Assembly: GCA_022709525.1 (NCBI GenBank)
Contig: JAKLIQ010000011.1
Span: 6,040 to 70,039 of the forward strand
Reading direction: 5' to 3'
DNA length: 64,000 bases
Source of the DNA: Candidatus Omnitrophota bacterium
GTDB lineage: Bacteria; Omnitrophota; Omnitrophia; Omnitrophales; Aquincolibacteriaceae
The position numbers were made by a program, and so were the translations under genes. Shown here in pieces: positions 13,601-20,897 of the stretch. Position 1 is the stretch's first letter; each line of letters starts with the position of its first letter. The notes below the pieces were generated by a model, which was not told the origin of the DNA, did no database searches, and saw nothing but the letters and a program-made list of their open reading frames with translations.

Positions 13601-16600
13601 TTTCATATTCTAAGATGATACCGTTTTCATAGATCACGCGGTAATTGGAGCACGCGCCTGTCTCCCCGGAAAGACAGATGGAGACCTTCGCAAGGGTGTC
13701 TTTTCCTTCGAAATTGACGTCGGTCAAAAGGCCCGTCGCGGGATCAACAACGTGCGTGTAGCTGCGAAGAACGGTGCCGTCGCGCTTGACCACGGAAAGG
13801 ATCACGCCGTCCTGAAAGAAGGTGGTCACGCCGTCTTTATCGGTTACCGATGTCACATAATGGCCGCTTTTTATTTCGACCGTTTCTCCGGTGATAAGGT
13901 CGACCGTGGAAACAAGCTGTTCGTCCTCATCCCAGACCCGCTTGATGCCGTCGCGCTCTTCTTCGGTGAGCCGGGCAAAGGCGAAATCCCCGGGATGGGC
14001 ATCATCGAATTTGTAGACCTGTTTGAAATAATTGCCGCTTGAAGTGATCGTGACGGTTTTTTCCGTATCATCATATTTATAACGGATTTCATCGCCGGTA
14101 TCGAGGTTCCTATAAAGGATCACGCGGCCCTGCGCGTCATAATTTTGCTCGTAGCGGATTTTTGTCGAAGGATCGTAATCCTGAACATAGACGAGGATAT
14201 CGTCGGGCGTTCCTAGGCGGTCATCGGCGCCGGCTTCATAGGTCATTTGATTTTGAAGGGTCCGCTTTTCCCCTTCGATCACATAGGTTGAAACCGTAAC
14301 GGTCCAATCCAACCCGTCGCCCCGCTCTTCAATCGGAAGGGCTGAAACGTTTTCAGTTTCTTTGCTGGTCCAGTTGTAGCTGATCACCTGCCGGACAAAG
14401 GTTTTGGCGGCCTCGGCTCCGATCAATGCGATCGTGCCATCCGCCCGCAGAAGGTTTCCCGCCTCGTCACGAACGGGAACTTCCGCATAGCCCTCCCAGG
14501 AAAGGATCCGGCCATTGGCATCGAAGGTCTCTAAAAACATGTGGCCATTGTAAATGCCGCTTACCGAGAGGAAATAATCGTCTCCCGTGCCGAGCAAGCC
14601 GTCAGCGCCAAGCCCCACTCGTTGCAAATTGATAAGATTCCCTCCGGCCCAGCGAGTTTCGATCTCCGCTTCAGCCCCGCTATAGGTGAATGTCGTAACG
14701 GTTCCGTACGTCTCATCAACGATCTGAAGAACGCGCCCCGAGGATGCGTCCCTCGTCACGACAAGGCCTCCGTCCGTCCCATCCACAAGATAATCATCCG
14801 CAGTCCCAAGGGCTCCGTCGCCGCCGAGGTTGACGATCCGCGTTCCTGCCGCGGAGGTCAGAGTTGCCTGGTTTAAAAATGGGTCATAGTCATAATTCGT
14901 GCAATGGGTCCCTTCGCCGTCGCAGACCGAACTAAGCTTCCCGTCTTCATAACTGTGGATCGTCCACTCACCGTCTTTTTGGAATTTGACCGCGCGGATC
15001 TCGCCGGAATCGTCATAGGTATATTCGGCCAAGAGGTTCCCGTCGGCGTCCTGGACGCTTGTGATGCGGCCGTCGGTGTAATTCCAGACGGTGTTAGTCG
15101 CGGTATCCGTGACCTGCAGAAGAATGTCATTGCCATTTCCAAACCCTTCAGGGCCCGCCTCCCAGACTTGCACTGTCCCATTGAGCCCGATGGTTGCGGT
15201 ATTCACACCATTCACGACCGCGTAATCCACCCGGGCATTCGGATTATCGATCGGAGCGCTGCCGACCCCTTGCAAAGGCGCCAGATATTCCGGCGAAGGA
15301 GCCGGATTATGATAGTTAAGATCGATGTCGCCACTACCGCCCTTGCCGCCCTCTCCCATTCCGCCGAGCCCTCTGTATTGCTCATCCTCGATCTTCTTTT
15401 GAATAAAGCCGGCCTCGCCCATGAACTCTTCGCACTTCTTGGCGACTCTCCAATTTGAACGCATGCTTTCCTCGGAGCATTCCTGGAAATCGCGCATCAA
15501 AGCGCGGAGCCGGCGGATCAGCTCTTCCATATTGGCGTTCTCTCCTCCGGGGCCTAGCGGACGGCGCGGGCCCTGGCCCTGCTGCGGACCTCTTTGTGGG
15601 CGGGTTGTTTCGGCGTCATCTTCGGTCAGCATGATCCCGTCGGCCCCGTAGGTATACCATTTGGCTTCATCATTGCCCGCGCCCTGAAGCGAATAAATGC
15701 CCATGACCTCACCGCCGTTATCATAGGCGTCATTGTAAAAGCCGGCGCGGATCGTCGCGCCGATCTCTCCGGTATTCTCCGAATAGTGCGCGACACGGAT
15801 CGTATGGTTGACGCTATCGATAATGATCACTTCGGCGGCGGTGTCATAGCGGTAGATCAGCTGAAGGGTCAGTTCGCCTTCTTTAGATTCCTTAAATTCG
15901 CGGACCTTCCGGCCCTGGACATCATATTCAATAATATGGAAGGTTCCGTCGGGATTGGGCGTCCGGGTCTTAAGAAGGATGCTGGTGCGGCCTGCGGGGT
16001 CTGCGCTGGCGGTGGTGTCATACACATAATAGTACTCGGTGCCATGATGCTCCAAAACAACCGTTAAAACTCCGGGGCGATCGGGATCGGTCAGGATCCG
16101 GAGCGGCGCAATACTTGAAGGGCTGGCGCCCGGAAGCTCCTTTAAAGCGGCGGTCGCCGAATCAAAGGCGGCGGCGGTGTCGTAGGCGGTTTCAGGGATA
16201 TCGATGAGGCCAAGGATTTCGGCATTATAAGTCTTTGTGGCAGCATGGGAGAGAACGTTGTTGTTACTATCAAGAACAATGGTGCCCTGTTCTAAAAGGC
16301 GCGGTGTTTCGGGGTTCTTCCAATCGTAAAGCGCGTAGCGGAGATTCGTGAGGTCATAGACATAAACCACCGGACGGCCCGCGGGCTCCTCCTGATACTC
16401 ATAGAGGTAGTCCACGAGAGTTGTTGCGCCTTCTTCCGGAGGGCCCCGGCTCCGGATCAAACCGCTCCACTCGTTACTGGGAAACGCATCATAGACATCA
16501 AAGATCCGTCCGTCATTGGGGTCTGTGACGATCCATTCGCTGTCGGAGACCTTTTCGAGGAGTTTTTGGTATTTGGGAGTGGTCCCGACCAGCGTGAATT

Positions 16601-17963
16601 TCCCGGCTTCGAGGATATTCTGGAAGTTGTCGATCTTGCTTGCATCCTGCGGCGCCGCCCCTTCAATGAAGCCCATCTTAAGGTATGTATTGGCAGTATA
16701 ATTGAGGATAGTCACGGTCCTGTTGCCGGAAGCGTCCTCTTCGTAGAGATATTCCATATCGATCGCGCCATCCCGCTGCCTTAAGATCCTCCCGAACGCG
16801 CCGCCGTCAGTCCGCTCAAAAATATAAAGCCGCGCGGGATCCTGAGGGAAGGTGATCCTGTAAGTTGTTTCGGCGATATCCGTCCGGGAAAGCACTTTAG
16901 CGCCCGTGAGCTTGTTTTCCATCTCCCCTACGGCCAATAAAGCGCCCCGCTTGTTCCTGTCGCTCAACCGGTATTCCCAGAAGTTCAGGGTCGAAGGGGC
17001 TACTTCGCCGGCCTGCGACCGGTCCATGACGGTCAACGTTCCACCCTCATCATCATAGCGTATTTCGATGTTAATAACGGCGCGATCCCGGCCATCCACA
17101 TTCTCGATCTTCTTATAACTTAAAAGGCGGCTTTCGCCCCGGGACAGTTGCTGGTAGGTTCTTTCTATATAATAGGAAGGATCCGACGTCCGGTCATAAA
17201 ATATCACGTGATCGCCGTCATAACGGACAGAAACCGATTGGACAAATTGCCTCTTTGAATCGTCCCAAAGCCAAAACCCTGTCTCGATCAATTTGTCAAG
17301 CTGGCCGTCTTCTAAGATCGTAAATTTCTGATAGGTGCTGAGCGCATCGCCATCCCCCACCGTAATGATGCGGACATAGGAAACATTCGCGCCGTTTTCC
17401 GAACTTGTCTCATATGAAAACTGTCGCGTCTCCAGAGCGTGCCCGATGATCTTGCCCTGATCATCAAAAATGGCTCTTGTTTTGTCGCAGATCTCGGTGA
17501 TCTTGTTGCTGGCGGTGTTGTATTTAAAATAAGTGCCGTCGGCGTAACTGATGGTCATGACATGAGTGGCTTGATCTTCGGTCGCGGTCGCGCCGACATC
17601 GGATTTCCCGCTTAATGGATTGGCGGTGGTTAAAAAAGTAGTGGAGATCTGGGGAATCTGGGATTGGGGAATATCGCCGGCGAAAGGATTGAGCTGCGAT
17701 TGCATAGGATCGACCGCGTTCAAAGGGCTCTCGCTTGTTTGATCCCGCACGGCCTGTTGAAGATCATCGAAATTTTGAGAGAAATGGATCTTGTCGTTTT
17801 TGGCGAGATCGCCGGAAGGAATAGCGGCGGGAAGACCTGTGGTCGCGTTGTAGGCAAAAACAAGCTGAACATCGCTTTGTGTCACGAGGAACGTGAGGAT
17901 CACAAAGATACTCAGCCCTTTTAAAAACCACGACTTCTTCTCGCTGTGATACGCGCTGATCAC
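1..17963 (-). CDS. Giant secreted repetitive surface/adhesin-like protein; 5' part of the gene, C-terminus lies beyond the left window edge (>=5987 aa visible)
   Basis: One minus-strand frame has no ORF-track entry anywhere across 18 kb, while the other five frames are broken into short ORFs. GTG start at 17961-17963 is preceded by GGAAGGAGG (SD) and an in-frame TGA. N-terminus translates to VISAYHSEKKSWFLKGLSIFVILTFLVT..., consistent with a signal peptide/TM. Sampled translations (15180-15300, 3421-3780) are open and protein-like. Confidence 0.8.
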   Translation of the reverse strand, partial: MISAYHSEKKSWFLKGLSIFVILTFLVTQSDVQLVFAYNATTGLPAAIPSGDLAKNDKIHFSQNFDDLQQAVRDQTSESPLNAVDPMQSQLNPFAGDIPQSQIPQISTTFLTTANPLSGKSDVGATATEDQATHVMTISYADGTYFKYNTASNKITEICDKTRAIFDDQGKIIGHALETRQFSYETSSENGANVSYVRIITVGDGDALSTYQKFTILEDGQLDKLIETGFWLWDDSKRQFVQSVSVRYDGDHVIFYDRTSDPSYYIERTYQQLSRGESRLLSYKKIENVDGRDRAVINIEIRYDDEGGTLTVMDRSQAGEVAPSTLNFWEYRLSDRNKRGALLAVGEMENKLTGAKVLSRTDIAETTYRITFPQDPARLYIFERTDGGAFGRILRQRDGAIDMEYLYEEDASGNRTVTILNYTANTYLKMGFIEGAAPQDASKIDNFQNILEAGKFTLVGTTPKYQKLLEKVSDSEWIVTDPNDGRIFDVYDAFPSNEWSGLIRSRGPPEEGATTLVDYLYEYQEEPAGRPVVYVYDLTNLRYALYDWKNPETPRLLEQGTIVLDSNNNVLSHAATKTYNAEILGLIDIPETAYDTAAAFDSATAALKELPGASPSSIAPLRILTDPDRPGVLTVVLEHHGTEYYYVYDTTASADPAGRTSILLKTRTPNPDGTFHIIEYDVQGRKVREFKESKEGELTLQLIYRYDTAAEVIIIDSVNHTIRVAHYSENTGEIGATIRAGFYNDAYDNGGEVMGIYSLQGAGNDEAKWYTYGADGIMLTEDDAETTRPQRGPQQGQGPRRPLGPGGENANMEELIRRLRALMRDFQECSEESMRSNWRVAKKCEEFMGEAGFIQKKIEDEQYRGLGGMGEGGKGGSGDIDLNYHNPAPSPEYLAPLQGVGSAPIDNPNARVDYAVVNGVNTATIGLNGTVQVWEAGPEGFGNGNDILLQVTDTATNTVWNYTDGRITSVQDADGNLLAEYTYDDSGEIRAVKFQKDGEWTIHSYEDGKLSSVCDGEGTHCTNYDYDPFLNQATLTSAAGTRIVNLGGDGALGTADDYLVDGTDGGLVVTRDASSGRVLQIVDETYGTVTTFTYSGAEAEIETRWAGGNLINLQRVGLGADGLLGTGDDYFLSVSGIYNGHMFLETFDANGRILSWEGYAEVPVRDEAGNLLRADGTIALIGAEAAKTFVRQVISYNWTSKETENVSALPIEERGDGLDWTVTVSTYVIEGEKRTLQNQMTYEAGADDRLGTPDDILVYVQDYDPSTKIRYEQNYDAQGRVILYRNLDTGDEIRYKYDDTEKTVTITSSGNYFKQVYKFDDAHPGDFAFARLTEEERDGIKRVWDEDEQLVSTVDLITGETVEIKSGHYVTSVTDKDGVTTFFQDGVILSVVKRDGTVLRSYTHVVDPATGLLTDVNFEGKDTLAKVSICLSGETGACSNYRVIYENGIILEYEMKDNRPVLVWIGDPLGTDFTQTTDPATGDLTIRYNDGRKSVYSQVAGFYEIQNSISLRGDVETYCYYGSSGNAECRAVDLESAQAQIQAAIDALPATGVDMGTTEYKVPEFDVKDPRLAFSIRHDGSITFYAPRSKDEWQEIPNAHYVLSEFGRVTIYHLEGKDIQKTAELRADGTLASVTKYDSDGRVSDSYAFDDGGTKILSHSVYTYYGTDKENKDFRLLKLVETYNVAELLKSSIDDITGTLGTIQSRTHYLARHAEPPEDEPESTINETTLGRFDYLGLGLVDYTETYLKPLTPEGEPRFLSSIQQEYNLFQLVRSVTYKHPTGGGACGEGFSGCEIVSYDDITYIPGTTDIDFTSRYNVIGNNINDAVLQSVFRTEQVDDRITVTHDFGNDFVEDSEDDTFTVSISRPLGDDLDGDPTRREWGTETFEYEGIADPTLTRKDGYKIAYEQGLFTDKQSHSIQYDVYGDGSLIRSKSYRFVGGVETSETTYSETQKLLGSEAAYEGTLYDTLLGGLTGDVLENFRGQDFSFTKTWKFGFDIEEEDRIAKSESYSVTSRDENITRSVSRDIFSDVLTYTHQQKSEDAGVRASILGAGGLLLTSDEDMYESWSWAGAFNDSNRFLLDHNFSIDIYGDGTVTRSKNIEVVNGDETGKTSFSETKEVAHSTISYDGVHSIGDLLLGPLATNASWAEEHVSRTQTWAEGFDFAGIRYFEGESYQITSADGRVTRSANWDAVKGEVRYNYLEQIKVPYTTATVNGIIVGDSLLGDVCHDQVCGSNWSSKSILYMTSSTDAFNVTNRFIDSEYYQVTSRNRSETRTLNVDRHHPDGPRVSYSASIRATREEVYNLLYNPDGSENAEIAMLPGEREIFMSVFNDPEFAHNPFYLAIGSNDAFGISNRNITSKAYQVTARDGDTTHSLMIDSQVPEGYPVVTYQRSERMRLADIAGGDVRIFNRETGQYETAHVEGLLNDPTIAFVPPGDTLLDSGLTLAATIQNALAVNPSAIFYMTTSNYYFSAGSTTPQPGSAIYSWSSRNGNQNYSLAVDRKAPDGPVMTFTQSQRVSHADAFAAIDQITDPDQKAQALAALQADPRASITMSIQGAGDPVYQWVSSSDPNISHAISFNNSVPEGLDNAPTGTEVTFIKSTRVSRREVIEQMTFIQNEELRGQELAQLNANPNFVYFNRQESGTEDPVYQWSALGDTNVSFTLMINSHVPRGTEANPLPDGKEATISVNTRVSRNEALRHISNDSVGAWIVNPEDRAEALAAYNAAVAVGSFFYMVQAGLSAPILQWNIGGDPNTNYTLQIDEAWHSAIFNYNKRVSVEYVMAQYEESLADGDPRKEGLEAALLQGKAFYMSKGDRGPNFQWTDKNNKNISYSFSLDKYFPVGTSGAFRVPPAITFTTSVRASIEEARVQAMLIGDETKRNEALGKLSPATPVYRSVSDGPAAIDGVDPVYQFADMKDPNTSYTMSIRSGVPVGDPPQNTGREAVWGISTRVDDAEVRAWFAAQGMTTIAQDGLSAGSAIAAGETFYLSRGGLTEPGTYQWTSFINPNLSYSVQARPDLGQVTLTETMQVSAATVAAELAAAQAAGTVTGSDSRNSAIAAAIADGLVFFRTISDKGPTYQWSSDSDKNKNYSLLVDTKFPVGEGAAAGFRTELSLTTSIRASIQEVTNKLNLIADDNDRAEAQDRVSKAGVTVMKSVTDGPSATDGMDPVYQFSDLINPDMSYSIAIRSGLPVGAGETLRYTGVEAAWNISTRVSKAAVQAWLSKEGYTLINNDVDIATAFADDTLYYLSQAGTNDEGQYQWTSKIDPNASFTLQASEEFRQVALNATTQVSAETVRAELDAVIALQFMATSDSRYQPILDALADGKIFYRSTGEKGPNYQWVSETDRNKNYGLSVDQKFPVGTGPMAGFKTELTFTTTVRVSKEQAALDAAKIADPEDRAEALAKLAIKGIAISRSITDGVLETDGVDPVYQFADPVDENTSYTIAVRSRVPAGDPSANTGIEANWNITTRVSPASALEDLKKYEADPEAIAALESALAAGTAVYLSRAGSDDLAERQYQWTDKNDPNRSYTLAVKDRSEDAILTMTDQISAETASAQLAILGADLAARLEEIAGELQKTTLTADERAALTQEQNDLPGEYAAKRVLIEAKLADGKVFYRSQSGEEDPSYSWASNSDINLNYSLNVNSKVPVGLRGASGDYASFRSEISFVQSERMSPEVMRGDSVLGLMPIEPSNANDAQKKAEAEAAMALPGAVFYRSTTDGKDIVYQWTNPENPDESWSLSINTRVPEGENSAPTGTEAVFTHNIRVSAEDVSGYIGQIADPVKKAEAQAAFLKGKSFYLSKAGLDDAVYQWTEEGNSRISYTVTVNATVPVGEPRADGSYAQYTKETTFAKNQRISLQEMLALIPIIADVTGVKRSQAYVALFSAGAFYLSKAGNDDASYQWTDRKDPNTSYTLAENPRLGTATFNRTIRISREQVAKQFAYLNDPSDLRYVAGDTRYAHLAAALADGRVFYMSQAGLEDPSFQWTSIFNKNISYGMSVNTKIPVGEADANGNYASYKTEVTFSRSERASIQEAVQRALLVADTSDKKDLLGSDLVYNPGGAGDALGVLEQQGLAVYKMFTDGESALDYLDPVYQFTNLADPDKSYTIAMNSQAPDGPEATFNIIERVSRQTVAQYVTDAWFAGDANDAKYLDAVAALTRGDYFSVSRAGSNDTAQQYQWSDAWDPNINYSLGVTPAWTQAIFNRTRRVSKEDVLKQYAYLKNTGDSRYENLEAAMADGKIFFMSQAGDDDPSFNWSSETNRNLGYGMSVNSKIGVGIADANGIYPSYKTEVTFTRNERVKISEAQRQLALIGDASDRAEAAAVLGQSGVMVYKTLSDGESALDFIDPVYQFSDLSNADKNYSIGIKSGIPVGEKRPDGTYPSARTEASWNVSVRISRDQVRQHIEADTAGEWILDPAKRADALASLDDGEAFYMSYAGENDNVTYQWTSRSNPNVSYSLLVKDKPNSVTGINWHESTFNRTRRVSQAEVEAGIASITHNYNTDKAALELRIATAAGDEKSALEAELSTLIAEYASRVEKLQAGIADGKIFYMSRAGNDDPSFNWASETDRNLNYSISINSKVPVGVKNERGEYTSFRTEATFTRNFRESVEEAVKQAGKIVDPSDRAEAIAALAVSGVAIYRALSDGESALDGIDPVYQFADVTNPDKNYSIGIRSGIPEANPPVNTKVEATWSVSERISRTQVSQHLTAAWIADASKLAEALEALAAGDIFYMSYAGENDNETYQWTDRSNPNISYSLQVKDKPNPVTGVNWHEATFNRSERVTKETVTAELARLDPADSRYAKLQVAIADGKVFYESQAGNDQPSYQWSSETDRNRNYGLGLNLVNGAIQLTVSVTERMSTAFVQAQTPLVHDVSDRMDIETALALEGVIAYRTLSDGESSLDGNPANPVYTFADPINPDKNYTLAVNVDAPDGPEATINITTRISRDQVRQHIEADADGAWVQDPAKKAQAIAALADGDMFYMSQGGTDETPVYQWSSISDPDVSYSMQVRDAWHQSNFSRAERVPFSELEARLAELTAIYNARYLQIQSDPEVEDKAAALELLTNNHNAQKAQLETALADGEMVYRSQAGNDDPSYQWSSKTDRNASYSLSVNNHVPVGEADANGNYANFRTELSVTVNMRVSVHAIDENSEAYALIKDPYQLEQIDLALAASEMQGVMIYVAVTDGREPVYQWSSPRNTDVSYSISFDTHVPTGAGTSAGEMTIANFTRTERVSRSTMVTLAESIRNFTEKANALAAIADGDSFSVSRRGNGDMNYAWSSFSNLTVNYSINLDMQTVRGQEATFKKTTRVSQEDLRALTATTTTVTATSSVTDSRFGTKPIRDLLLGDLTDDPNWDNAVVELVEGLGADGTLSWTGYSITSEDGTTTRMVILNLEVDANGHYVDVNPATPAIDRIQYIETTKVNRSTPVGGRTAEAVFGDRVNDGDWPVAHITVSTSSFDEAQRVLISDFYDLAGYDSDKVRVAILLSQSEVQFITEADQAEVLEAVNLIRDEAMRQAASRAVSDPLAVFYKVEGDGKTVSYQWTNSLNPNVSYSVSINKEAPVGEEGNFTQEATFTTNTRVSRETVLVTYNEQVALVLLSLVDETVRQDLIRAGSIGAFKSLIEQNPELPAELKEVVASWSSANAEDVATWQAVKMNLANKDLKDKALLGIATVSPEELQMFAEGLRESTNPALTFNRSVTIDSQAGEDLVQYSWESMDGIKSYSLGYNNSAIVNDSNQVEYVREASFSISQRFAQITLDYLTQLCLVPYITASLKEDSGVALVQLQGAAALEEFQALIANSSLNSDIKAAAAALADTDWPKIQSDLKEPRTFTSLSSSLYSEFQTALADTDDYTIFTMTRSKDGYEYRWESLDGFTTHTLSQSIDMIAISEDSQGNSVYAKDERWSFKSVRRISMDQVSGRESVLTPDRRIQYMEALSKVDSATDFTMTKIGRDVNYSWVSADKSEVYTLT

Positions 17964-18324
17964 AAGTAACCCCTCCTTCCTCCTTCAACCACTTATCAAG
18001 ACACTAAAAAAAACGGAGAACAAGAACCTTCGTCTCGGCCTCTTCTATCTGGCTCTAATTTTGATTCCTCCATACATATATTTTATTCTCTCGTTTTTTT
18101 AACTTCTAAAAAAAGTATAACTACACTCGATACCTTTGTCAAATAATCTTGTGCTATAAATTGCTATATATTTTTAGTTTTAAACTTATGAAGATTTTGT
18201 TTGTAAAACTTTCTTTAAAAAACTCTTTTAAAATTAAATTAGTTTAAGATTTTGTTGCTAATCTCCATCCTCGTTCGTAACTTGAAAATTTACAGATATG
18301 GTTCGGATGCCAAGGCCGTTCCGC
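17964..18324 (-). promoter_or_regulatory. Extremely AT-rich region of about 360 bp upstream of the giant gene; probable promoter/regulatory region
   Basis: Visibly AT-dominated intergenic sequence (ttttattctctcgtttttttaacttctaaaaaaagtataactac...) that contrasts with the GC-rich flanks, lying between def and the giant gene start. Confidence 0.45.
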
Positions 18325-18819
18325 TCAGGACGCGGAGATTCTTGGAAAAAGATCGGTTTTAAGACAGGTCACGTGATCGATAAAAAGAACGCCGCTTAGA
18401 TGATCGACTTCATGCTCAACGCAGACCGCCTCGATCCCCGCGCTGATCTTTTCATGGTGTTTGCCGCGCTCATCTTGCCACCGGAAACGGACCCACTTGT
18501 GGCGCTTCAAAAATGCCGTGTAATCCGGAAGACTCATGCAACCTTCTTTACGCGCTTCCGGTTCCCTTCTTTCAAGGATGACAGGATTCACAAGAACAAG
18601 CCGCTTCGCTTTCGGATCGCGCTTGGAAACATCCACCACGGCGACGGCTTTTAAAACGCCGATCTGCGGCGCCGCGATGCCGATCCCGTGCGGCTGGCTT
18701 TTCATGACGCGGACCAGCCGCGCGATCAGTTTTAAAAGCGAGCGGTCGAACGACGTCACTGGCTGGGTTTTCTTGCGAAGGATCGGATCCGGAAAGATCC
18801 GGAGATGCGCGGGTTTCAT
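18325..18819 (-). CDS. def: Peptide deformylase
   Basis: Motifs GIGIAAPQIGV, EGCMSLP and HEVDHLSG (the HExxH metal site) are all present. Confidence 0.9.
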   Translation of the reverse strand: MKPAHLRIFPDPILRKKTQPVTSFDRSLLKLIARLVRVMKSQPHGIGIAAPQIGVLKAVAVVDVSKRDPKAKRLVLVNPVILERREPEARKEGCMSLPDYTAFLKRHKWVRFRWQDERGKHHEKISAGIEAVCVEHEVDHLSGVLFIDHVTCLKTDLFPRISAS

Positions 18820-18825
18820 GGAAGT

Positions 18826-19377
18826 TTAGAGCGAAACGCGTTCCAACGGTTTGATCTGGATCTCGATCTTGAGTTTTTTGGAAACTTTTGAAAGCAACGC
18901 TCGAAGCCGCGCCAGCGGGATCTTGGGCGGCGCATCAACTTCCAGAAGCATCGCGTAAGTGGTTTTGGCGCCTTTGCCGAGAATCCGGCTGTCCAGATCG
19001 GTAATATTGACCTTCAGGCCCGCCAAGACCCGGCTTATTTCATAGACGATCCCTGTCCTGTCTTTGCCGAAAGCGCTGACCATATAAGACAAGGAACCCG
19101 TCGGATGCTTTTTCCCATGAAGCGTCTTGCCTTTTAATTCCGTCATGTGGCAATCCATCGACCATGGCGCCGACCTCAAGACCTCCAACCCTTGGAGAAC
19201 GCGAGCGGTGCAGGCCGGCGACGGCAACGACGCGGTAAGCATCATCGCAAACTGCCCCTCCAGAAGGGTCATGCTGATATCTTCTAAATTGCACCCCCGG
19301 GCATACAAAAGCCCGCTTACCTTGGCGATAATGCCGGGTTTGTCTTTGCCGCTCACGGTGATCAGTATTTTTTTCAT
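18826..19377 (-). CDS. Tandem ACT-domain regulatory protein (GcvR-like)
   Basis: Two ACT-like segments with the pattern KDKPGIIAKVSGLL.. / KDRTGIVYEISRVL.. . Confidence 0.6.
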   Translation of the reverse strand: MKKILITVSGKDKPGIIAKVSGLLYARGCNLEDISMTLLEGQFAMMLTASLPSPACTARVLQGLEVLRSAPWSMDCHMTELKGKTLHGKKHPTGSLSYMVSAFGKDRTGIVYEISRVLAGLKVNITDLDSRILGKGAKTTYAMLLEVDAPPKIPLARLRALLSKVSKKLKIEIQIKPLERVSL

Positions 19378-20897
19378 TTTCTTTTACGCTCCAGATATTT
19401 GGATAGTTCTTCAAGGCCCCGGTTCAGCAATTGCTCCGCCCCTTTTTGCATGAGACGGGATGTCACGTACGGGATATCGGGCTGGACCGCCGCATCCGGC
19501 AGCACGCCGCTATAACGGAACGGGATCATGACCTGGCCGTTCCGGTCCGCGAGAAGCTCCATTTCACGGATCTTTTTCATAAGATAAGCCGAGATGTTTT
19601 TGGAAAGAAGAAGTTCCATGGAGCCGTCAACCCGTTCATCGAGCAATCCGTAAGTGCCCGCGCCGCTCAGCTGATAGTTCGGATGGATCAATTGAAAGCC
19701 CGTGAGTTTAGCCGAGCCCCCTTGCGCGTTAAAGGCGGCCCGCAGCGACTGGAACGGCGTATCCCGCTCTTTTAACATCTCGGCTAATTCCGGCGGCATC
19801 TCCCCGCCCAAAGCGGTGGTGACCGCGAGCACGGGGGTAAGACGGTCAAAAACCTCTTTAACCAGGTTGCGGTTCTTCAAAGCGCCGTTTTTGATCTCAA
19901 CGGTTCCCTGGCCCTTAAGCGACCTTTTGATACTGTCCGGGTTGGCGCCCTCAAGGGAAACCTGCATCCCTGCACGAAGTTGGCCCGTCAGATACTCTTT
20001 GCTTTTATAAACAGCCGGGGTGACCGATTCAATGTCGAGATCGCGAACCTCGAGTGACCCTTCAAAGCGAGGAAGATGGTTGACGATCTTAAGAAGCCCT
20101 TTAAAAAGGACTTTTTCCGGGCCATATCGCAATGACAGCTCAAGCGATCGTGATGCGATATCCAGGTTCCCCTCGGCTTCAAGGTTCCTTTTTGCCGCAT
20201 CAAAAATATTAGCGGCAGCCGTAAAGTGGAATATCTTGCCGGACTCCTTTTCCAGGACTTCGGCATCCAGGTTCCGGATATCAAGTTTGTAGGCGGGCTG
20301 GACCGTCGCGTCCTCGAAGTGGATCTCCCCCTCCCGGATCTGGACCTTGCCGATCCCGAACTTCCATCCTTCCCCGAGATCTTTCAGGCCTGCAAGGGAA
20401 ATGCCGGACTGGGCTTCGGAGACCTCCGCGACAGGGATCAGCCCCCCTCCGGGATTCGGTCCCTTTGGCGAAAGGGCAGCGGGAGCGGGCTGTTTTGCAA
20501 CTTCCCAATTCCATGCTCCGCGGATATCCCTTTTCAGGAAGATCTGGGGGCTTTGGATCACAACCTTTGAAAGATTGAATTGTTTTCGCAGCAGCGCAGT
20601 CAGGTCCGCGTCGATGCGGACATGTTCGCTTTGGAGAAGTTTCTCGAGGGTTTGCGGCTGATAAAAATTAAGACTGGCGACCTGAACCTGAGGTTGGGGC
20701 CCCCATTGAAAACTGATCTCGCCGAGCTCGACGCGGAATCCTGTCTGTTGCGTAAGGTATCTCTCGAATTCCGTCCGGAACATATTGGGATCGATATTCC
20801 GGACCGCGAAAAAACCCACTGCGCCCAGGATTACCCCGAGGATCAACAGCGCGAGAAGAAGACTCCCCAAGAACCTCATCATCCCTGATAGGACCAT
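19374..20897 (-). CDS. AsmA-family outer-membrane biogenesis protein
   Basis: N-terminal TM segment followed by a long beta-rich periplasmic region; a length of 507 aa and the overall composition are typical of the AsmA family. Confidence 0.55.
   Translation of the reverse strand: MVLSGMMRFLGSLLLALLILGVILGAVGFFAVRNIDPNMFRTEFERYLTQQTGFRVELGEISFQWGPQPQVQVASLNFYQPQTLEKLLQSEHVRIDADLTALLRKQFNLSKVVIQSPQIFLKRDIRGAWNWEVAKQPAPAALSPKGPNPGGGLIPVAEVSEAQSGISLAGLKDLGEGWKFGIGKVQIREGEIHFEDATVQPAYKLDIRNLDAEVLEKESGKIFHFTAAANIFDAAKRNLEAEGNLDIASRSLELSLRYGPEKVLFKGLLKIVNHLPRFEGSLEVRDLDIESVTPAVYKSKEYLTGQLRAGMQVSLEGANPDSIKRSLKGQGTVEIKNGALKNRNLVKEVFDRLTPVLAVTTALGGEMPPELAEMLKERDTPFQSLRAAFNAQGGSAKLTGFQLIHPNYQLSGAGTYGLLDERVDGSMELLLSKNISAYLMKKIREMELLADRNGQVMIPFRYSGVLPDAAVQPDIPYVTSRLMQKGAEQLLNRGLEELSKYLERKRK

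Noticed and set aside
473-17988. Dozens of 60-200-aa ORFs on both strands inside 1-17963 (for example 5289..5870+, 10698..11294+, 12987..13613+)
   Set aside because: They lie antisense or out of frame to the single continuous giant minus-strand frame, which has no track entry because it has no stop in the window. Their products are low-complexity and Arg/Gly-rich, typical of spurious frames in GC-rich repeats.
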